DNA from: Candidatus Latescibacterota bacterium
GTDB taxonomy: Bacteria; Latescibacterota; UBA2968; UBA8231
Direction of reading: 5' to 3'
Assembly (NCBI GenBank): GCA_965221775.1
Contig: CBDCSU010000005.1
Coordinates: 736,001 to 800,000 of the forward strand
Length of the DNA stretch: 64,000 nucleotides
Below the pieces are notes generated by a model. That model saw only the letters and a program-made list of their open reading frames with translations, had not been told where the DNA came from and ran no database searches. Both the position numbers and the translations under genes were made by a program. Positions 36,370 to 46,064 of this stretch are shown in pieces. Numbering within the stretch: position 1 is the first letter of the stretch; every line of letters begins with the position of its first letter.

Positions 36370-37086
36370 ATGGAATCGCGCATGTACGATGATCCGGCCA
36401 TCGGCATCGCCGGCCGGATGATTCGAACCCTCACCGCCCCCGGCCGGACTTTCGCCTCGGTCCGGGATCAGTCGACCTGGCGGGACTGGCTGATCCCGAC
36501 CCTCGTCGTGGTGGTGGCGGGCCTGGTGACCGGGATCCTGGCCCTGCCCGCGACCATGGAGGCCGGCTCGGAGATGTTGCAGGAGCGGTACGAAGAGATG
36601 ACCGAGGCGGAGCGGGCGATGGCGGAGCAGATGCACCAGGCGGCGCCGGGCATGGCCCTGGTGGCGGTTCCCGTCTTCTCCTTCCTGGTGCTCTTCTTCC
36701 TCGGAGGCGTCCTGCTCCTGCTGGCCAACCCCATCCTCGGCGGCGAGGCCAACTACGGCCAGATGCTGGCGGTGACCGCCTACGCTTCGCTGGTCAAGGT
36801 CGTCCAGGCGATCGTGACCTTGCCTTTTCTGCTGAAGACGGGGACCCTGCTGGTCATCGGCCCGGGCTTGTTCCTCTCCGAGGAGATGATCGCCACCTTC
36901 GCGGGACGTCTGTTGTCCGGGGTGGACCTCTTCACGTTCTGGCAGGTCCTGCTCATGGCCGTCGGCACCGGCGTCATGTCCGGCCGCTCCACGCGCAACG
37001 CACTGGTCCCGCTGCTGATGCTGTGGGCGGTGGTGCTCGTCGTCCAGGCCGGCCTCGGGGGCCTGTCGGACGCCATGCAGCCATGA
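36370..37086 (+). CDS. Yip1-family membrane protein (copy 2)
   Basis: LTAPGRTFASVRD, LGGEANYGQML, DLFTFW. Confidence 0.78.
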   Translation: MESRMYDDPAIGIAGRMIRTLTAPGRTFASVRDQSTWRDWLIPTLVVVVAGLVTGILALPATMEAGSEMLQERYEEMTEAERAMAEQMHQAAPGMALVAVPVFSFLVLFFLGGVLLLLANPILGGEANYGQMLAVTAYASLVKVVQAIVTLPFLLKTGTLLVIGPGLFLSEEMIATFAGRLLSGVDLFTFWQVLLMAVGTGVMSGRSTRNALVPLLMLWAVVLVVQAGLGGLSDAMQP

Positions 37087-37131
37087 CGGAGTTCGGGCCC
37101 TGTGGCCGGGCTCCGCTCGACTCCCGGCGGA

Positions 37132-38361
37132 TCACAGCCCCAGGGCGGCGTCGATCCCGGCCTGGTACTCGTACGCCTCGGCGCTCTCCACCTCGCTCAT
37201 GCTGACGGCGCGGCCGAGGACGCTCGACTCGAAGATGGCGTACACGGCGGCCACCGCCTTCATCCCTTCGGTGCCGTCCACCTCCACCGGCCGCCCGTGG
37301 AGGATCGCCTCGCCGAGCTCGTAGTACTCCAGGGCCAGCAGCTTCCAGTCGACGTCGGCCGTGGCCACGCCGTCGGGGAAGAAGTGGGCGGCCAGGGGCT
37401 CCAGCTCGAAGCCCTCGGCTTCGGCCACCAGTTGCTCCTGGCCCTTCTCCTCCTCGCCCGCCACCTGCAGGACGGCCCTGGCGCCGCGGCTGCCGAAGCT
37501 CCTGAGGGCGCCCTGGTCGCCGAGGATCGCCTGGCCGCCGCAGCCTCCGTGGCCGCCGAGGCCGACGACCCAGCTGACCATGGCGCCGCCGGCCATGCGC
37601 AGGGTCGCCATGGAGCTGTCCTCGGCCGTGGCGTGCACCTCCTCCTCCATCGCCGTGTGCCGCTGCCGGTAGAACTCGTAGGGGCTGTCGAGGCGGGCCG
37701 GCCGCCTGCGCACCGGCGTGGCCAGGCTGACCTGCCCGTGGACTTCCGCCACCTCGCCCAGCTGGTAACGGATCAGGTCGGTGTAGTGGACGGCCACGTC
37801 CAGCAGCAGGCCGCCGCGATCCTTGTCGTGCCGCCACGGCGTGATGAAGACCTCGCTGCCCGGGGACAGGGCGTGGTAGATGGCCATGTACGGACGGCCG
37901 ATGGCGCCGCGGTCCAGCAGGTGGCGCACGAGCCGCGCCGAGGGATCGCGCCGGAAGTTCTCGGCCACCGAGAGGATGCGGTCGTTGCGCCGCGCCGCCT
38001 CGATGATGCGGTGGCAGCCGCGGACGGTGATGGCCAGGGGCTTCTCCACCATGACGTGCAGCCCCAGGTCGAGGGCCTGACAGGCGACCGTGTGGTGGTC
38101 GCCGGGGTCGACGACGACGTCGACGGCGTGGAGGTCGGGGACCTCACGGACCATCCGCTCCAGGTCGGTGAAGACCCGCGGGCGAACGCCGAGGAGCTTC
38201 TCCGCCTCGCTGGCGGCCAGTTCCGCGTTCTCCGGGCGGATGTCGCATACGGCGGCCAGCTCGACGTTGGCGAAGGGGGTCTTCGCCAGCTCGGCGAGTC
38301 CGTAGAGGTGGCGGGTGCCCATGCCGCCGCAGCCGACGAGGGCGATTCGAATCCGGTCCAT
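37132..38361 (-). CDS. Gfo/Idh/MocA-family oxidoreductase
   Basis: IALVGCGGMG, HVMVEKPLA, VAENFRRDP, DVAVHYTD. Confidence 0.92.
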   Translation of the reverse strand: MDRIRIALVGCGGMGTRHLYGLAELAKTPFANVELAAVCDIRPENAELAASEAEKLLGVRPRVFTDLERMVREVPDLHAVDVVVDPGDHHTVACQALDLGLHVMVEKPLAITVRGCHRIIEAARRNDRILSVAENFRRDPSARLVRHLLDRGAIGRPYMAIYHALSPGSEVFITPWRHDKDRGGLLLDVAVHYTDLIRYQLGEVAEVHGQVSLATPVRRRPARLDSPYEFYRQRHTAMEEEVHATAEDSSMATLRMAGGAMVSWVVGLGGHGGCGGQAILGDQGALRSFGSRGARAVLQVAGEEEKGQEQLVAEAEGFELEPLAAHFFPDGVATADVDWKLLALEYYELGEAILHGRPVEVDGTEGMKAVAAVYAIFESSVLGRAVSMSEVESAEAYEYQAGIDAALGL

Positions 38362-38551
38362 GGGATCTCCGGGAATCCTTCGGGGCGCTGCCTTCTCGCG
38401 GGGCGTGCATGAAAGGCCCGGGTCCGGCGGCGGGCAAGCGCAGCGGCAAGGCTCCGGGGGGCCCGATCGGCTGCCTCCAGATCGCCCGGTTCAGCCGCAG
38501 ACCACCGGCGAGGACCCAACGGCGCGTGCGCCCGTCCATGCGCGGCAAGAG

Positions 38552-38713
38552 CCCGTCATCCGTAGGCAGCTCGCCTTGCGGCTGGAGACGCGCTGCACCC
38601 GCCACGGGGACCAGGGGTGGACGACGCCTCTCGCGGAGGTGGGCGTCACGGTGCCGGCGGTCCTGAAGGCCGGAGGCATCGGCCTGTCCTCGAGCCTGGC
38701 CTGGCACTTCTGA
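38552..38713 (+). pseudogene. Possible C-terminal remnant of an outer-membrane beta-barrel gene
   Basis: ...LALRLETRCTRH...GIGLSSSLAWHF* has alternating strands and a terminal Phe. No start or signal peptide. 5' boundary is approximate. Confidence 0.35.
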
Positions 38714-38747
38714 GAGCCGCGCCCCCGGGCCCGGCCGGGGCTTCCTG

Positions 38748-39569
38748 CTATCTCGCCTGGTGGCTCCGCGCCGCGCCGGGACCGGGAGCCGCGCGGCGCT
38801 CCCGCTCTGCGCGGATGACCTGCTCGACGATGCCGGCGTTGCCGGCCACCAGCGGCCCCGTCCGCGGGCAGGTCACGGGCGCGCCGTCGAAGGCGGCTGA
38901 GCAGCCGCCGGCCTCGCCCACGATGAGCAGGGCGGCGGCCATGTCCCAGGGGTCCAGGCGGTGGTGGAAGAACCCGCCGAGCCGTCCGGCGGCGACGTGG
39001 CACAGGGCCAGGGCCGCCGAGCCCGCCAGCCGCAGGGCCGCCACCCGGGGGCGCAGGGCCGACGCCAGGTCCATGCTGTGGCGGGCGGCCTCCTCGTCGT
39101 GGGCCAGGTCGAAGGCCAGCAGCGCCGCGGGCAGATCCCCGGCGCCGTCCACGGAGATGGGATTCCCGTTGCAGGTGGCGCCCTCGCCGCTCGACGCGGA
39201 GAACAGCTCGTCCCGCAACGGATCGTAGACCACGCCAGCCACCGGCCTCCGGCCCACCACGAGAGCCAGGCTCACGGAGATGTAGGGAAAGCCGTGGACC
39301 AGGTTCAGGGTGCCGTCCACGGGATCGACGACCCACGTGGGCGCGTCGGAGAGCGGATCGTTGACCGTCTCCTCGGTGAGGAAGCGGTGGTCGGGGAAGG
39401 CGGCGCCGACGCGGGCGCCGATGACGTCGTTGGCCTGCAGATCGAGGCCGGTGACGAAGTCGGCGCGGCCCTTGGTCTCGACCACGACGGCCTGGTGCAG
39501 GTTGTCGCGCAGCAGGGCCCCCGCCTCGAGCGCCGCGGACTCGGCCACTTGCCGGGGAGAGCCGCCCAT
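38748..39569 (-). CDS. Inositol monophosphatase family protein (SuhB-like)
   Basis: DFVT, EE, WVVDPVDGTLN, GSAALALCHVAAG, WDMAA. Confidence 0.9.
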   Translation of the reverse strand: MGGSPRQVAESAALEAGALLRDNLHQAVVVETKGRADFVTGLDLQANDVIGARVGAAFPDHRFLTEETVNDPLSDAPTWVVDPVDGTLNLVHGFPYISVSLALVVGRRPVAGVVYDPLRDELFSASSGEGATCNGNPISVDGAGDLPAALLAFDLAHDEEAARHSMDLASALRPRVAALRLAGSAALALCHVAAGRLGGFFHHRLDPWDMAAALLIVGEAGGCSAAFDGAPVTCPRTGPLVAGNAGIVEQVIRAERERRAAPGPGAARSHQAR

Positions 39570-39582
39570 CGAGCCCCGCCGC

Positions 39583-40242
39583 TCAGGGTCCGCCGAAGGT
39601 GAAGGAGAGAGCCATGCCGAAGTAGAAGTAGTAGTTGCCGTTCGAGTCGGTGAACAGTCCGATCTCCGGATGGACCGCCTGTCCCCGCGTCTCCTCATCG
39701 GGTGTCAACCGTAGTCCGAGATTGATCCCCGTGACGTACTCTGCCGGGTTGTCCACGCCGACGATGCCCCTCACGCCCAGGTTGAGATATTGCTCCGACT
39801 TGCCGAGGGGAATCGTGGCGATGAGAGAGGGGTGGACCTGGAAGGACTCGAGGACGTCGATGGACTCGACCTCACTGGGAAAGGGATCACTGAAGAACAC
39901 GCCCAAGGGCGAGAAAAAGGCCAGTCGATCCTCCACCAGGGAGATCTTGGGGTCGAAGGAGACGAACTGGTATCCGTCCTGGAGGTTGATGCGGCTTATC
40001 CGGCCGCCGATCTCGTACCTCTCCAGTCCGTGACGGACCTGCACGTCCACCACCGAGAACCCGTCGTGGTAGTCCCACTCATCCCCGTCGATGAAGGCCT
40101 GGCGGCTGATGCCTGGAGTGATCGATGTCTGCCCCGGGGCCAGCCGGTGGGCCGTCTGGTGCAGGGCGAAGGAATAGCAGCCCGAGAGAGGAAGGGCGAG
40201 GATCAGCGCGCCGGCCAGGAATCGCGCTCGCGTCTCCCGCAT
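39583..40242 (-). CDS. Hypothetical lipoprotein / small beta-barrel
   Basis: LSGC lipobox. Amphipathic strands ending YYFYFGMALSFTF. TGATG coupling to the upstream gene. Confidence 0.65.
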   Translation of the reverse strand: MRETRARFLAGALILALPLSGCYSFALHQTAHRLAPGQTSITPGISRQAFIDGDEWDYHDGFSVVDVQVRHGLERYEIGGRISRINLQDGYQFVSFDPKISLVEDRLAFFSPLGVFFSDPFPSEVESIDVLESFQVHPSLIATIPLGKSEQYLNLGVRGIVGVDNPAEYVTGINLGLRLTPDEETRGQAVHPEIGLFTDSNGNYYFYFGMALSFTFGGP

Positions 40243-41279
40243 CACCAGGACAGCCTCAGACCGAAGGAGTGGACGTGACTCCCTGCGTAGAATTCCCCGT
40301 CGGGCAGCCGCACCGGCGCGTAGTCGAAGCGGACCTTCGCGGGAAGAAATCCGCTGTCCGGCGACAGGTTGATTCCGAGGCCATAGCGGTTTCGCAGCCC
40401 CTTGTCGTGGTACTCGATCCAGCCCGCTCGCAGGCAGAGCCAATGGGCGACGGTCAGCTCCAGACCGGCGCCCCCGCTGCCAGACTCGTAATGGAATTGC
40501 TCCTCGGGTGGATTGAAGTACCACCGGTACTCCCCGGCGAAGACGGTCCGCAGCGCCGGAAAGAGGCCCGCGGGGGGCCGGTCGACGGCGTACCGGAAAC
40601 CGGTCCGGAGATAGCGGGGAAGCGGCATCCTGCCATCGAACTCACGGCCATCGGAGGTGATCGTCCAAGTGTGGTCCGGTGCGAGATTCTGCAGCGCCAT
40701 GCCGATGGAGAGGCCGCCGAAAGGCCCGTCCGCGGATTCCCCGGCGTGGTACAGCACACCCAGATCGAAGGAGGGGACGTAGCTCGACTCGCGCTCGAGG
40801 TCCGTTCCCAGCGCATACCGGTTGAAGAACCCCACGGCCCCTCCCGCCGCCACATGCCCGCGGCAGGCGGCATAGGCCAAGGCCAGGGTCTGGTCGTAGA
40901 CCCGGAGTTCCCTGGAGTTGCCATGCTCTCTCCTGCCGAAGGAAAGGGCCGCCCCGCCCAAGGGAGCGGCGGAAGCCACTCCCAGACTCCACGCATGCAG
41001 GTCCTCGATTCCCAGATCTTTCTCGACCCCGTCGAAGGACCTGTAGCTGTAGAACAAACCCGGCCCCCGCAGGAAGGCGAGGTTGGCGGGATTGGAGGAG
41101 AAGGCCGCCGCCGGGTCCTCCGCATCGGCGACCGAGGACTCGCCCATCGCCAGGCTTCGAGGGTTGGTCACCGTGTCGAAGGAATGGGAGTTCGGGTCGC
41201 CCACGATCTGAGCATGGCCCCGGGCACCCGCGAGGAACAGAACCCAGAGGAGAACCGCTGTCCGCCCCGAAGGACTCAT
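40242..41279 (-). CDS. PorV/PorQ-like (UPF0164/FadL-like) outer-membrane beta-barrel
   Basis: Signal peptide. PRSLAMGESSVA...NPANLA N-terminal motif, DLGVLY, LRAG, RFDYA, HSFGLRLSW. Confidence 0.78.
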   Translation of the reverse strand: MSPSGRTAVLLWVLFLAGARGHAQIVGDPNSHSFDTVTNPRSLAMGESSVADAEDPAAAFSSNPANLAFLRGPGLFYSYRSFDGVEKDLGIEDLHAWSLGVASAAPLGGAALSFGRREHGNSRELRVYDQTLALAYAACRGHVAAGGAVGFFNRYALGTDLERESSYVPSFDLGVLYHAGESADGPFGGLSIGMALQNLAPDHTWTITSDGREFDGRMPLPRYLRTGFRYAVDRPPAGLFPALRTVFAGEYRWYFNPPEEQFHYESGSGGAGLELTVAHWLCLRAGWIEYHDKGLRNRYGLGINLSPDSGFLPAKVRFDYAPVRLPDGEFYAGSHVHSFGLRLSW

Positions 41280-41360
41280 CCGCCATCCCGGACGGCGGGA
41301 AGGGCGGAGTCCACCGTCACGCCCACCGCGCCGTAATCCGCAACCGCGCTTCATGCGTGG

Positions 41361-43010
41361 TCATGGCTCGACGCCGAAGGCCCGGCAGATGGCATCGAGC
41401 TTCTCGACCACCTCGGGGTGGATCTCCCGGGGAAGCATCAGAGCTGCGATCTCGTGGTAGCGGGTGTAAGGCAGAGCGTGCAGTCCGGCCGCTTCGAGCA
41501 GCGAAGAGAGCAATATCGTGCGGGCTTTCGTCTCATTCAGATACCCATGATTCCCCAGCGGCTCCCTTACTACCGCAGGTGGAAACTCGTCGCGCCAGCA
41601 AGCGAGCATGTCTTCGACGTGCGACTCGGCAGCCTCGACGCCAACCTCGGCCTCGACGAACCGGGTCAGCGCATCCGGGTGGATGAGGTAGCTCTCGATC
41701 TCGTACCGCCGCCACCGGAGACGCTGCAACCCGGTGCCGGTGATCTCGCTGTCCGGCACGGGAGGTCTCGCATCGCCGTCACGAAGTTCGAGCGCGGGCA
41801 GCCCCTCGCGCACGAGTTGCAGGGCCTCATGGTGATCGCGCGCCCTGATGCCCGGGCGCCCCTCTTGCGCCTGGAATACCAGCGGCTTCCACATGATCTC
41901 GGTGGTGAGCAGCCGCTCGGCCCGGTGTCCAAGGGTCGACGCCCACGCGCGCAGGATGTTGATGTCCGTATAATCCTCGACATACAGAATCCCGCGGACA
42001 TGCAGGGCCTGCATCACGTCCGTGTTGCTGAGAACGCGAAGGGAGGAGATCAGCCGGCCCTGCTCAACGCTGTCGGCGGCCATCCTCGGCTGGTTGAGGG
42101 TAAGGCAGAGTTCGCGAGGCTCCACCGAATTGATGATCACCTCGGAGTGGGTGGCGACGACGAGCTGCGATCCGTGCAGCGCGGCCGCCGCGCGAAGCTC
42201 ATGATAGATGGCGTCCTGGAGAATCAGGTGCAGATGCGCGTCGGGCTCGTCGAGGAGGAGCACCGAGCCTTCGCGCGCATGGAGAAAGGCGAGCAGCATC
42301 AGCACCTGCTGAAAGCCGCTGCCCGCGCTGGCGATGTCCAGGGGCCGGGCTCCCCCGGCCGCTCTGTACTCGGCCTGGATGTACGGTCCGCTGGCATCAG
42401 GGGGCAGCAGTTCATAGCCGAAGAGCTTCCCGATGGAGTCCTGGAGCGCGGCCCAGGCGGAGTCCTCCCGGCTCGCGGTGACGAGCAGGTTGCGCAGGAC
42501 TTCACCAGGCCGGCCGAGCCCGAGGATCTGCTCTACGGCGGCGGGCTGAAGGAGCCGCTCGTTTGTCTCCAGTCCCGTCATGGGAGGTACGTAGACGATC
42601 CCGGGATCCAGCTCCCGGAGCCGGTCCGCGGGGACCTCCGCCCCGGGCCGGACGTAGATCTGCTCGGTGCTGTCGGCGATGAGTTCCATCGTCACGGACC
42701 AGCCCGCGTCGTGCCGGATCCCGATCTCGATCTGCCCCCCGTACCGGCGGTCCCTCCACATCAGGTCGAAGCTCCGAAGGGGGACCGCAGCGAAGGCCTG
42801 CCGGGCGATGGGAGCCCGCGCATAGCCCTTTCGAGGATTGTAGTCGTTGAGCTCGCGCCAGCGTCGAAGGGCGAGGGACCACGACGCGATGGCCTGAAGG
42901 ATCGTCGTCTTGCCGGTGTTGTTGGGGCCGGCGAGAACCACGTGTCCCGGCAGCCGGAACTCGACCTCGCCAAAGCGCTTGAAGCCGCGGATGCGGACGG
43001 TGCGGATCAC
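41361..43010 (-). CDS. ABC-type (AAA_21) ATPase fused to a TOPRIM-like domain (OLD/PARIS-like)
   Basis: IRGFKRF, Walker A GPNNTGKT, signature-like AGSGFQQ, Walker B LLLDEPD, ATHS. Then YVEDYTD, RDGD, YEIESYL. Confidence 0.78.
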   Translation of the reverse strand: MIRTVRIRGFKRFGEVEFRLPGHVVLAGPNNTGKTTILQAIASWSLALRRWRELNDYNPRKGYARAPIARQAFAAVPLRSFDLMWRDRRYGGQIEIGIRHDAGWSVTMELIADSTEQIYVRPGAEVPADRLRELDPGIVYVPPMTGLETNERLLQPAAVEQILGLGRPGEVLRNLLVTASREDSAWAALQDSIGKLFGYELLPPDASGPYIQAEYRAAGGARPLDIASAGSGFQQVLMLLAFLHAREGSVLLLDEPDAHLHLILQDAIYHELRAAAALHGSQLVVATHSEVIINSVEPRELCLTLNQPRMAADSVEQGRLISSLRVLSNTDVMQALHVRGILYVEDYTDINILRAWASTLGHRAERLLTTEIMWKPLVFQAQEGRPGIRARDHHEALQLVREGLPALELRDGDARPPVPDSEITGTGLQRLRWRRYEIESYLIHPDALTRFVEAEVGVEAAESHVEDMLACWRDEFPPAVVREPLGNHGYLNETKARTILLSSLLEAAGLHALPYTRYHEIAALMLPREIHPEVVEKLDAICRAFGVEP

Positions 43011-43017
43011 GCCTGGC

Positions 43018-45012
43018 TCACGCCCCCCGCCCGCCCACCGGCTCCAGGCGGATGAACGTCTTGAGCAGCTCCCACTGCCAGGAGTGGGGGAAGCCGTAGG
43101 GGTCCCGCGAGCTCGGCCAGCCGCTCCAGCGGGTGGTGTTGCAGGGGTAGCGGATGATCAGCTGGGCCAGGAAGATGTCGGGCATCTCGCGCACCCAGAT
43201 CTCCATCGCCTCGGTGAACAGCTGCAGCAGCTCCGGGTCGCCCACCTGCAACGGCGCGGTGCGCTCGACGATGCGGTCGAACTCGTCGTTGCGCCAGCGC
43301 GAGATCGTCGACCACAGGGGCGCTGGCTGGCCCGTGGGGCGGTAGTACTGGGAGGTGTAGTAGGAGAGCATCAGGTAGGGGTCCATGCCGCGCACGCCGC
43401 TGGGCCCCTTGCAGCCGAGGGAGGCCTTCTGCTCCCCCGTCTGCACCAGCGATGTCAGGCCCGGCGAGGTGTCGAAGTTGGCGTCGAAGCCGGCGTCGCG
43501 CAGCTGCTGGGTCAGGGGCGGACCGTAGGACCGCAGCCACTGGGGCACGTACATGGCGATCTCGACGCGCTCCCCTTCCGCGTCGATCCAGAACCCCTCC
43601 TCGTCCTTGGCGTAGCCCTTCCCCTCCATGATGCGGACCACCTCCTCCGGGTGGGGGCGGCTGTCGTACCCGTGGCGGGCGAGGATCTGCTGCAGGGCCT
43701 CATCGAAGGGGGCGAACCACTCGTAGGGGGTGAAGGGGTGGAGGGCGACGACGCCGGCCCCCGACTCGGCCAGCTGCACCACCTTGTCGCGGTCGATGGC
43801 CATGCTGATCGCCCGGCGGATCTGCGGATCGTCGTAGGGCGGCTCGGAACAGTTGAGGTTGAGGTCGATGGGGCACCAGTCGAGGTAGCCGTAGGGAGCC
43901 TCCCGGCCGCTGAAGGTCACCACCCGCGGGTTGCGCTCGAGCACGCTCTCAAGGGTGAGGACCTGCATGATCGGCGCCATGTCGAGCTGGTCGGTGAGCA
44001 GCAGCTGCGCCGACTGGCTCTCCTCCTGCTGCGGCACGTAGATGATGCGCTCGATCCTCGGCAGGCGCTTGAACCCCTCCCGGGCCGCCCACCAGTCCCG
44101 GCGCAGGTCGTAGATCTTCTGGTAGGGCGAGGCGTAGACGAGGCGGTAGGGCCCGGTGCCCAGGGGCAGGCCGGCGTCGATGTCGTGGAAGGTGAACTCC
44201 AGCGGGTCCACATGGCGCCAGACGTGCTCGGGCAAGACCTGGATGCCGTGGTTGCTGCTCAGGGTCGTGGCCCAGAAGGCGGGGCCCGGTTTCTTGAGAT
44301 GGAACCGCACCGTGTGGTCGTCGACGACCTCGGCGAAGTCGAAGAACTCGGGCAGGTCGGCCAGGTGCACCATCGACTCGGCGTGGTCCCGCACCATCTC
44401 GAAGGTGAAGGCCACGTCGCGGGCGGTGAAGGGCCTGCCGTCGGCCCATTCGATGCCCTTGCGGAGCCGCGCGGTGAGCACCGTCCAGGTGTCGTCGTAC
44501 TCCCAGCTCTCGGCCAGCCAGTTCTCGTGCTCCCCGGTGAGCACGTTGTACATGATGAGGGGCTCGAAGATCGAGGGCAGGGTGCCCATGTGGAAGCCCT
44601 GGTCCGAGCCCGGGATGTAGGGGTTCTGGTTGTCGAACAGGGCGTACTGGTTCGGGCCGCCGTTCATCAGGATCATGGTGCGGTCCCGGGGCACCTCGGG
44701 CAGCACGATCCCCGGCCCGCAGCCGGCCGCGGCCGCCCACGCCGCCAGCAGGAGCCAGCCCCAAGCCACCGCTTGCGGCACCCTGCGCCCCGGCCGCCCG
44801 GCCCGCGGCTTGCGTCCGCCGCCGCCGCGGAGACTCGACCTGCCGCAGCTCCCCGGCGCCACCGCCTGGAAGCCCTGCCGCCCGGCCCGGGGGCTGCCCC
44901 GCCCGGCGCCCCCGCGTTCCACCCGGCGCCCGGTCCCTGGCTTGCGCCCGCCGGCGCCCCCGCGTTCCGCCCGCATCCCGCCCATCGCCTCCCGGTGTTC
45001 TCCGGTCCCCAT
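43018..45012 (-). CDS. Peptide/nickel ABC transporter substrate-binding lipoprotein (family 5)
   Basis: LAESWE, LRKGIEWADGRPFTARDVAFT, GTGPY, RRAISMAIDR. Lipobox AAGC. Start is either the ATG at 45012 (coupled) or the GTG at 44781. Confidence 0.88.
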   Translation of the reverse strand: MGTGEHREAMGGMRAERGGAGGRKPGTGRRVERGGAGRGSPRAGRQGFQAVAPGSCGRSSLRGGGGRKPRAGRPGRRVPQAVAWGWLLLAAWAAAAGCGPGIVLPEVPRDRTMILMNGGPNQYALFDNQNPYIPGSDQGFHMGTLPSIFEPLIMYNVLTGEHENWLAESWEYDDTWTVLTARLRKGIEWADGRPFTARDVAFTFEMVRDHAESMVHLADLPEFFDFAEVVDDHTVRFHLKKPGPAFWATTLSSNHGIQVLPEHVWRHVDPLEFTFHDIDAGLPLGTGPYRLVYASPYQKIYDLRRDWWAAREGFKRLPRIERIIYVPQQEESQSAQLLLTDQLDMAPIMQVLTLESVLERNPRVVTFSGREAPYGYLDWCPIDLNLNCSEPPYDDPQIRRAISMAIDRDKVVQLAESGAGVVALHPFTPYEWFAPFDEALQQILARHGYDSRPHPEEVVRIMEGKGYAKDEEGFWIDAEGERVEIAMYVPQWLRSYGPPLTQQLRDAGFDANFDTSPGLTSLVQTGEQKASLGCKGPSGVRGMDPYLMLSYYTSQYYRPTGQPAPLWSTISRWRNDEFDRIVERTAPLQVGDPELLQLFTEAMEIWVREMPDIFLAQLIIRYPCNTTRWSGWPSSRDPYGFPHSWQWELLKTFIRLEPVGGRGA

Positions 45013-46064
45013 CACCCGCCTCCGTGGGACAGGGCGGCGACCTGCTCCTCCGAGAGCACCTCCGCCTCCTCGTGGAGGAAGCAGGCGGCGGCGCGGCCCT
45101 CGTCGGTGCGCACCAGGGGCGGGGTCTGCTGCCGGCAGCGGTCCATGACGTGGGGACAGCGCCCGGCGAAGGCGCAGCCGCCTCCCGGCGCGTGGGGCGC
45201 GCCGTTCTCTTCCCCGGCAGCGGCAGCGGTCTCCGCGCCGTCGGCGCCCTCCTCGCCACCCCAGCGGCGGCTCGTGTCCGGCAGCGGGATCGATCCCACC
45301 AGCAGCTGCGTGTAGGGGTGCTTCGGCGCCTTGATGACCCGCTCCACGTCTCCCACCTCGACCACCTCCCCCTGGTACATGACCAGGATCGTGCGGCTCA
45401 ACTGGTAGGCCGTGGTCAGGTCGTGGGTGATGTACACGAGGCTGATGCCGCGCTCCCGGTGGATGCGGAACAGCGTCTCCAGGATGGTGGCGCGCAGGGA
45501 GGCGTCGACCATGGAGACCGGCTCGTCGGCGACGATCACCTTCGGGTCGAGGAGCAGGGCCCGGGCCACCATGATGCGCTGGCGCTGGCCGCCGCTGAGC
45601 TGGTGGGGGTAGCGGCCCAGGGTCTCCTCCGGGCGCAGGCCCACCGCCTGCAGGCCCTCCTCGATGCGCGCCCGCCGCTCGTCGCGCGACAGCTCCGGGA
45701 AGAACCGGGCCACCGGCGCCGTCAGCGAGTGGTCGACGCGGTAGAAGGGGTTGAAGACCTCGAAGGGGTCCTGGAAGACGGCCTGCACCTGGCGCCGGAA
45801 GGTCTTGCGCGTGGCGGCGTCCAGCTCGGCCAGGTCCGTGCCCCGGTAGCGGACCGACCCGTCCGTGGGCGGCAGGATGCCGAGGAGCAGCCGCGCCAGG
45901 GTGGTCTTGCCGCTGCCGCTCTCGCCGGCGATGGCCACCACCACCGGCTCTTCCTCCGGAATCACCAGCGAGGCGCCGGCCACGGCCACGGTCCGCCGGC
46001 GGTCGAAGAGCCCGCCGCCGAAGGCCCGGCTGGCCTCGCGCGCCTCGAGCAGGGGCGCGCTCAC
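45012..46064 (-). CDS. Oligopeptide ABC transporter ATP-binding protein (OppF/DppF-like)
   Basis: GESGSGKT, LSGGQRQR, ADEP, HPYT, C-terminal Cys cluster. Confidence 0.92.
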   Translation of the reverse strand: MSAPLLEAREASRAFGGGLFDRRRTVAVAGASLVIPEEEPVVVAIAGESGSGKTTLARLLLGILPPTDGSVRYRGTDLAELDAATRKTFRRQVQAVFQDPFEVFNPFYRVDHSLTAPVARFFPELSRDERRARIEEGLQAVGLRPEETLGRYPHQLSGGQRQRIMVARALLLDPKVIVADEPVSMVDASLRATILETLFRIHRERGISLVYITHDLTTAYQLSRTILVMYQGEVVEVGDVERVIKAPKHPYTQLLVGSIPLPDTSRRWGGEEGADGAETAAAAGEENGAPHAPGGGCAFAGRCPHVMDRCRQQTPPLVRTDEGRAAACFLHEEAEVLSEEQVAALSHGGG

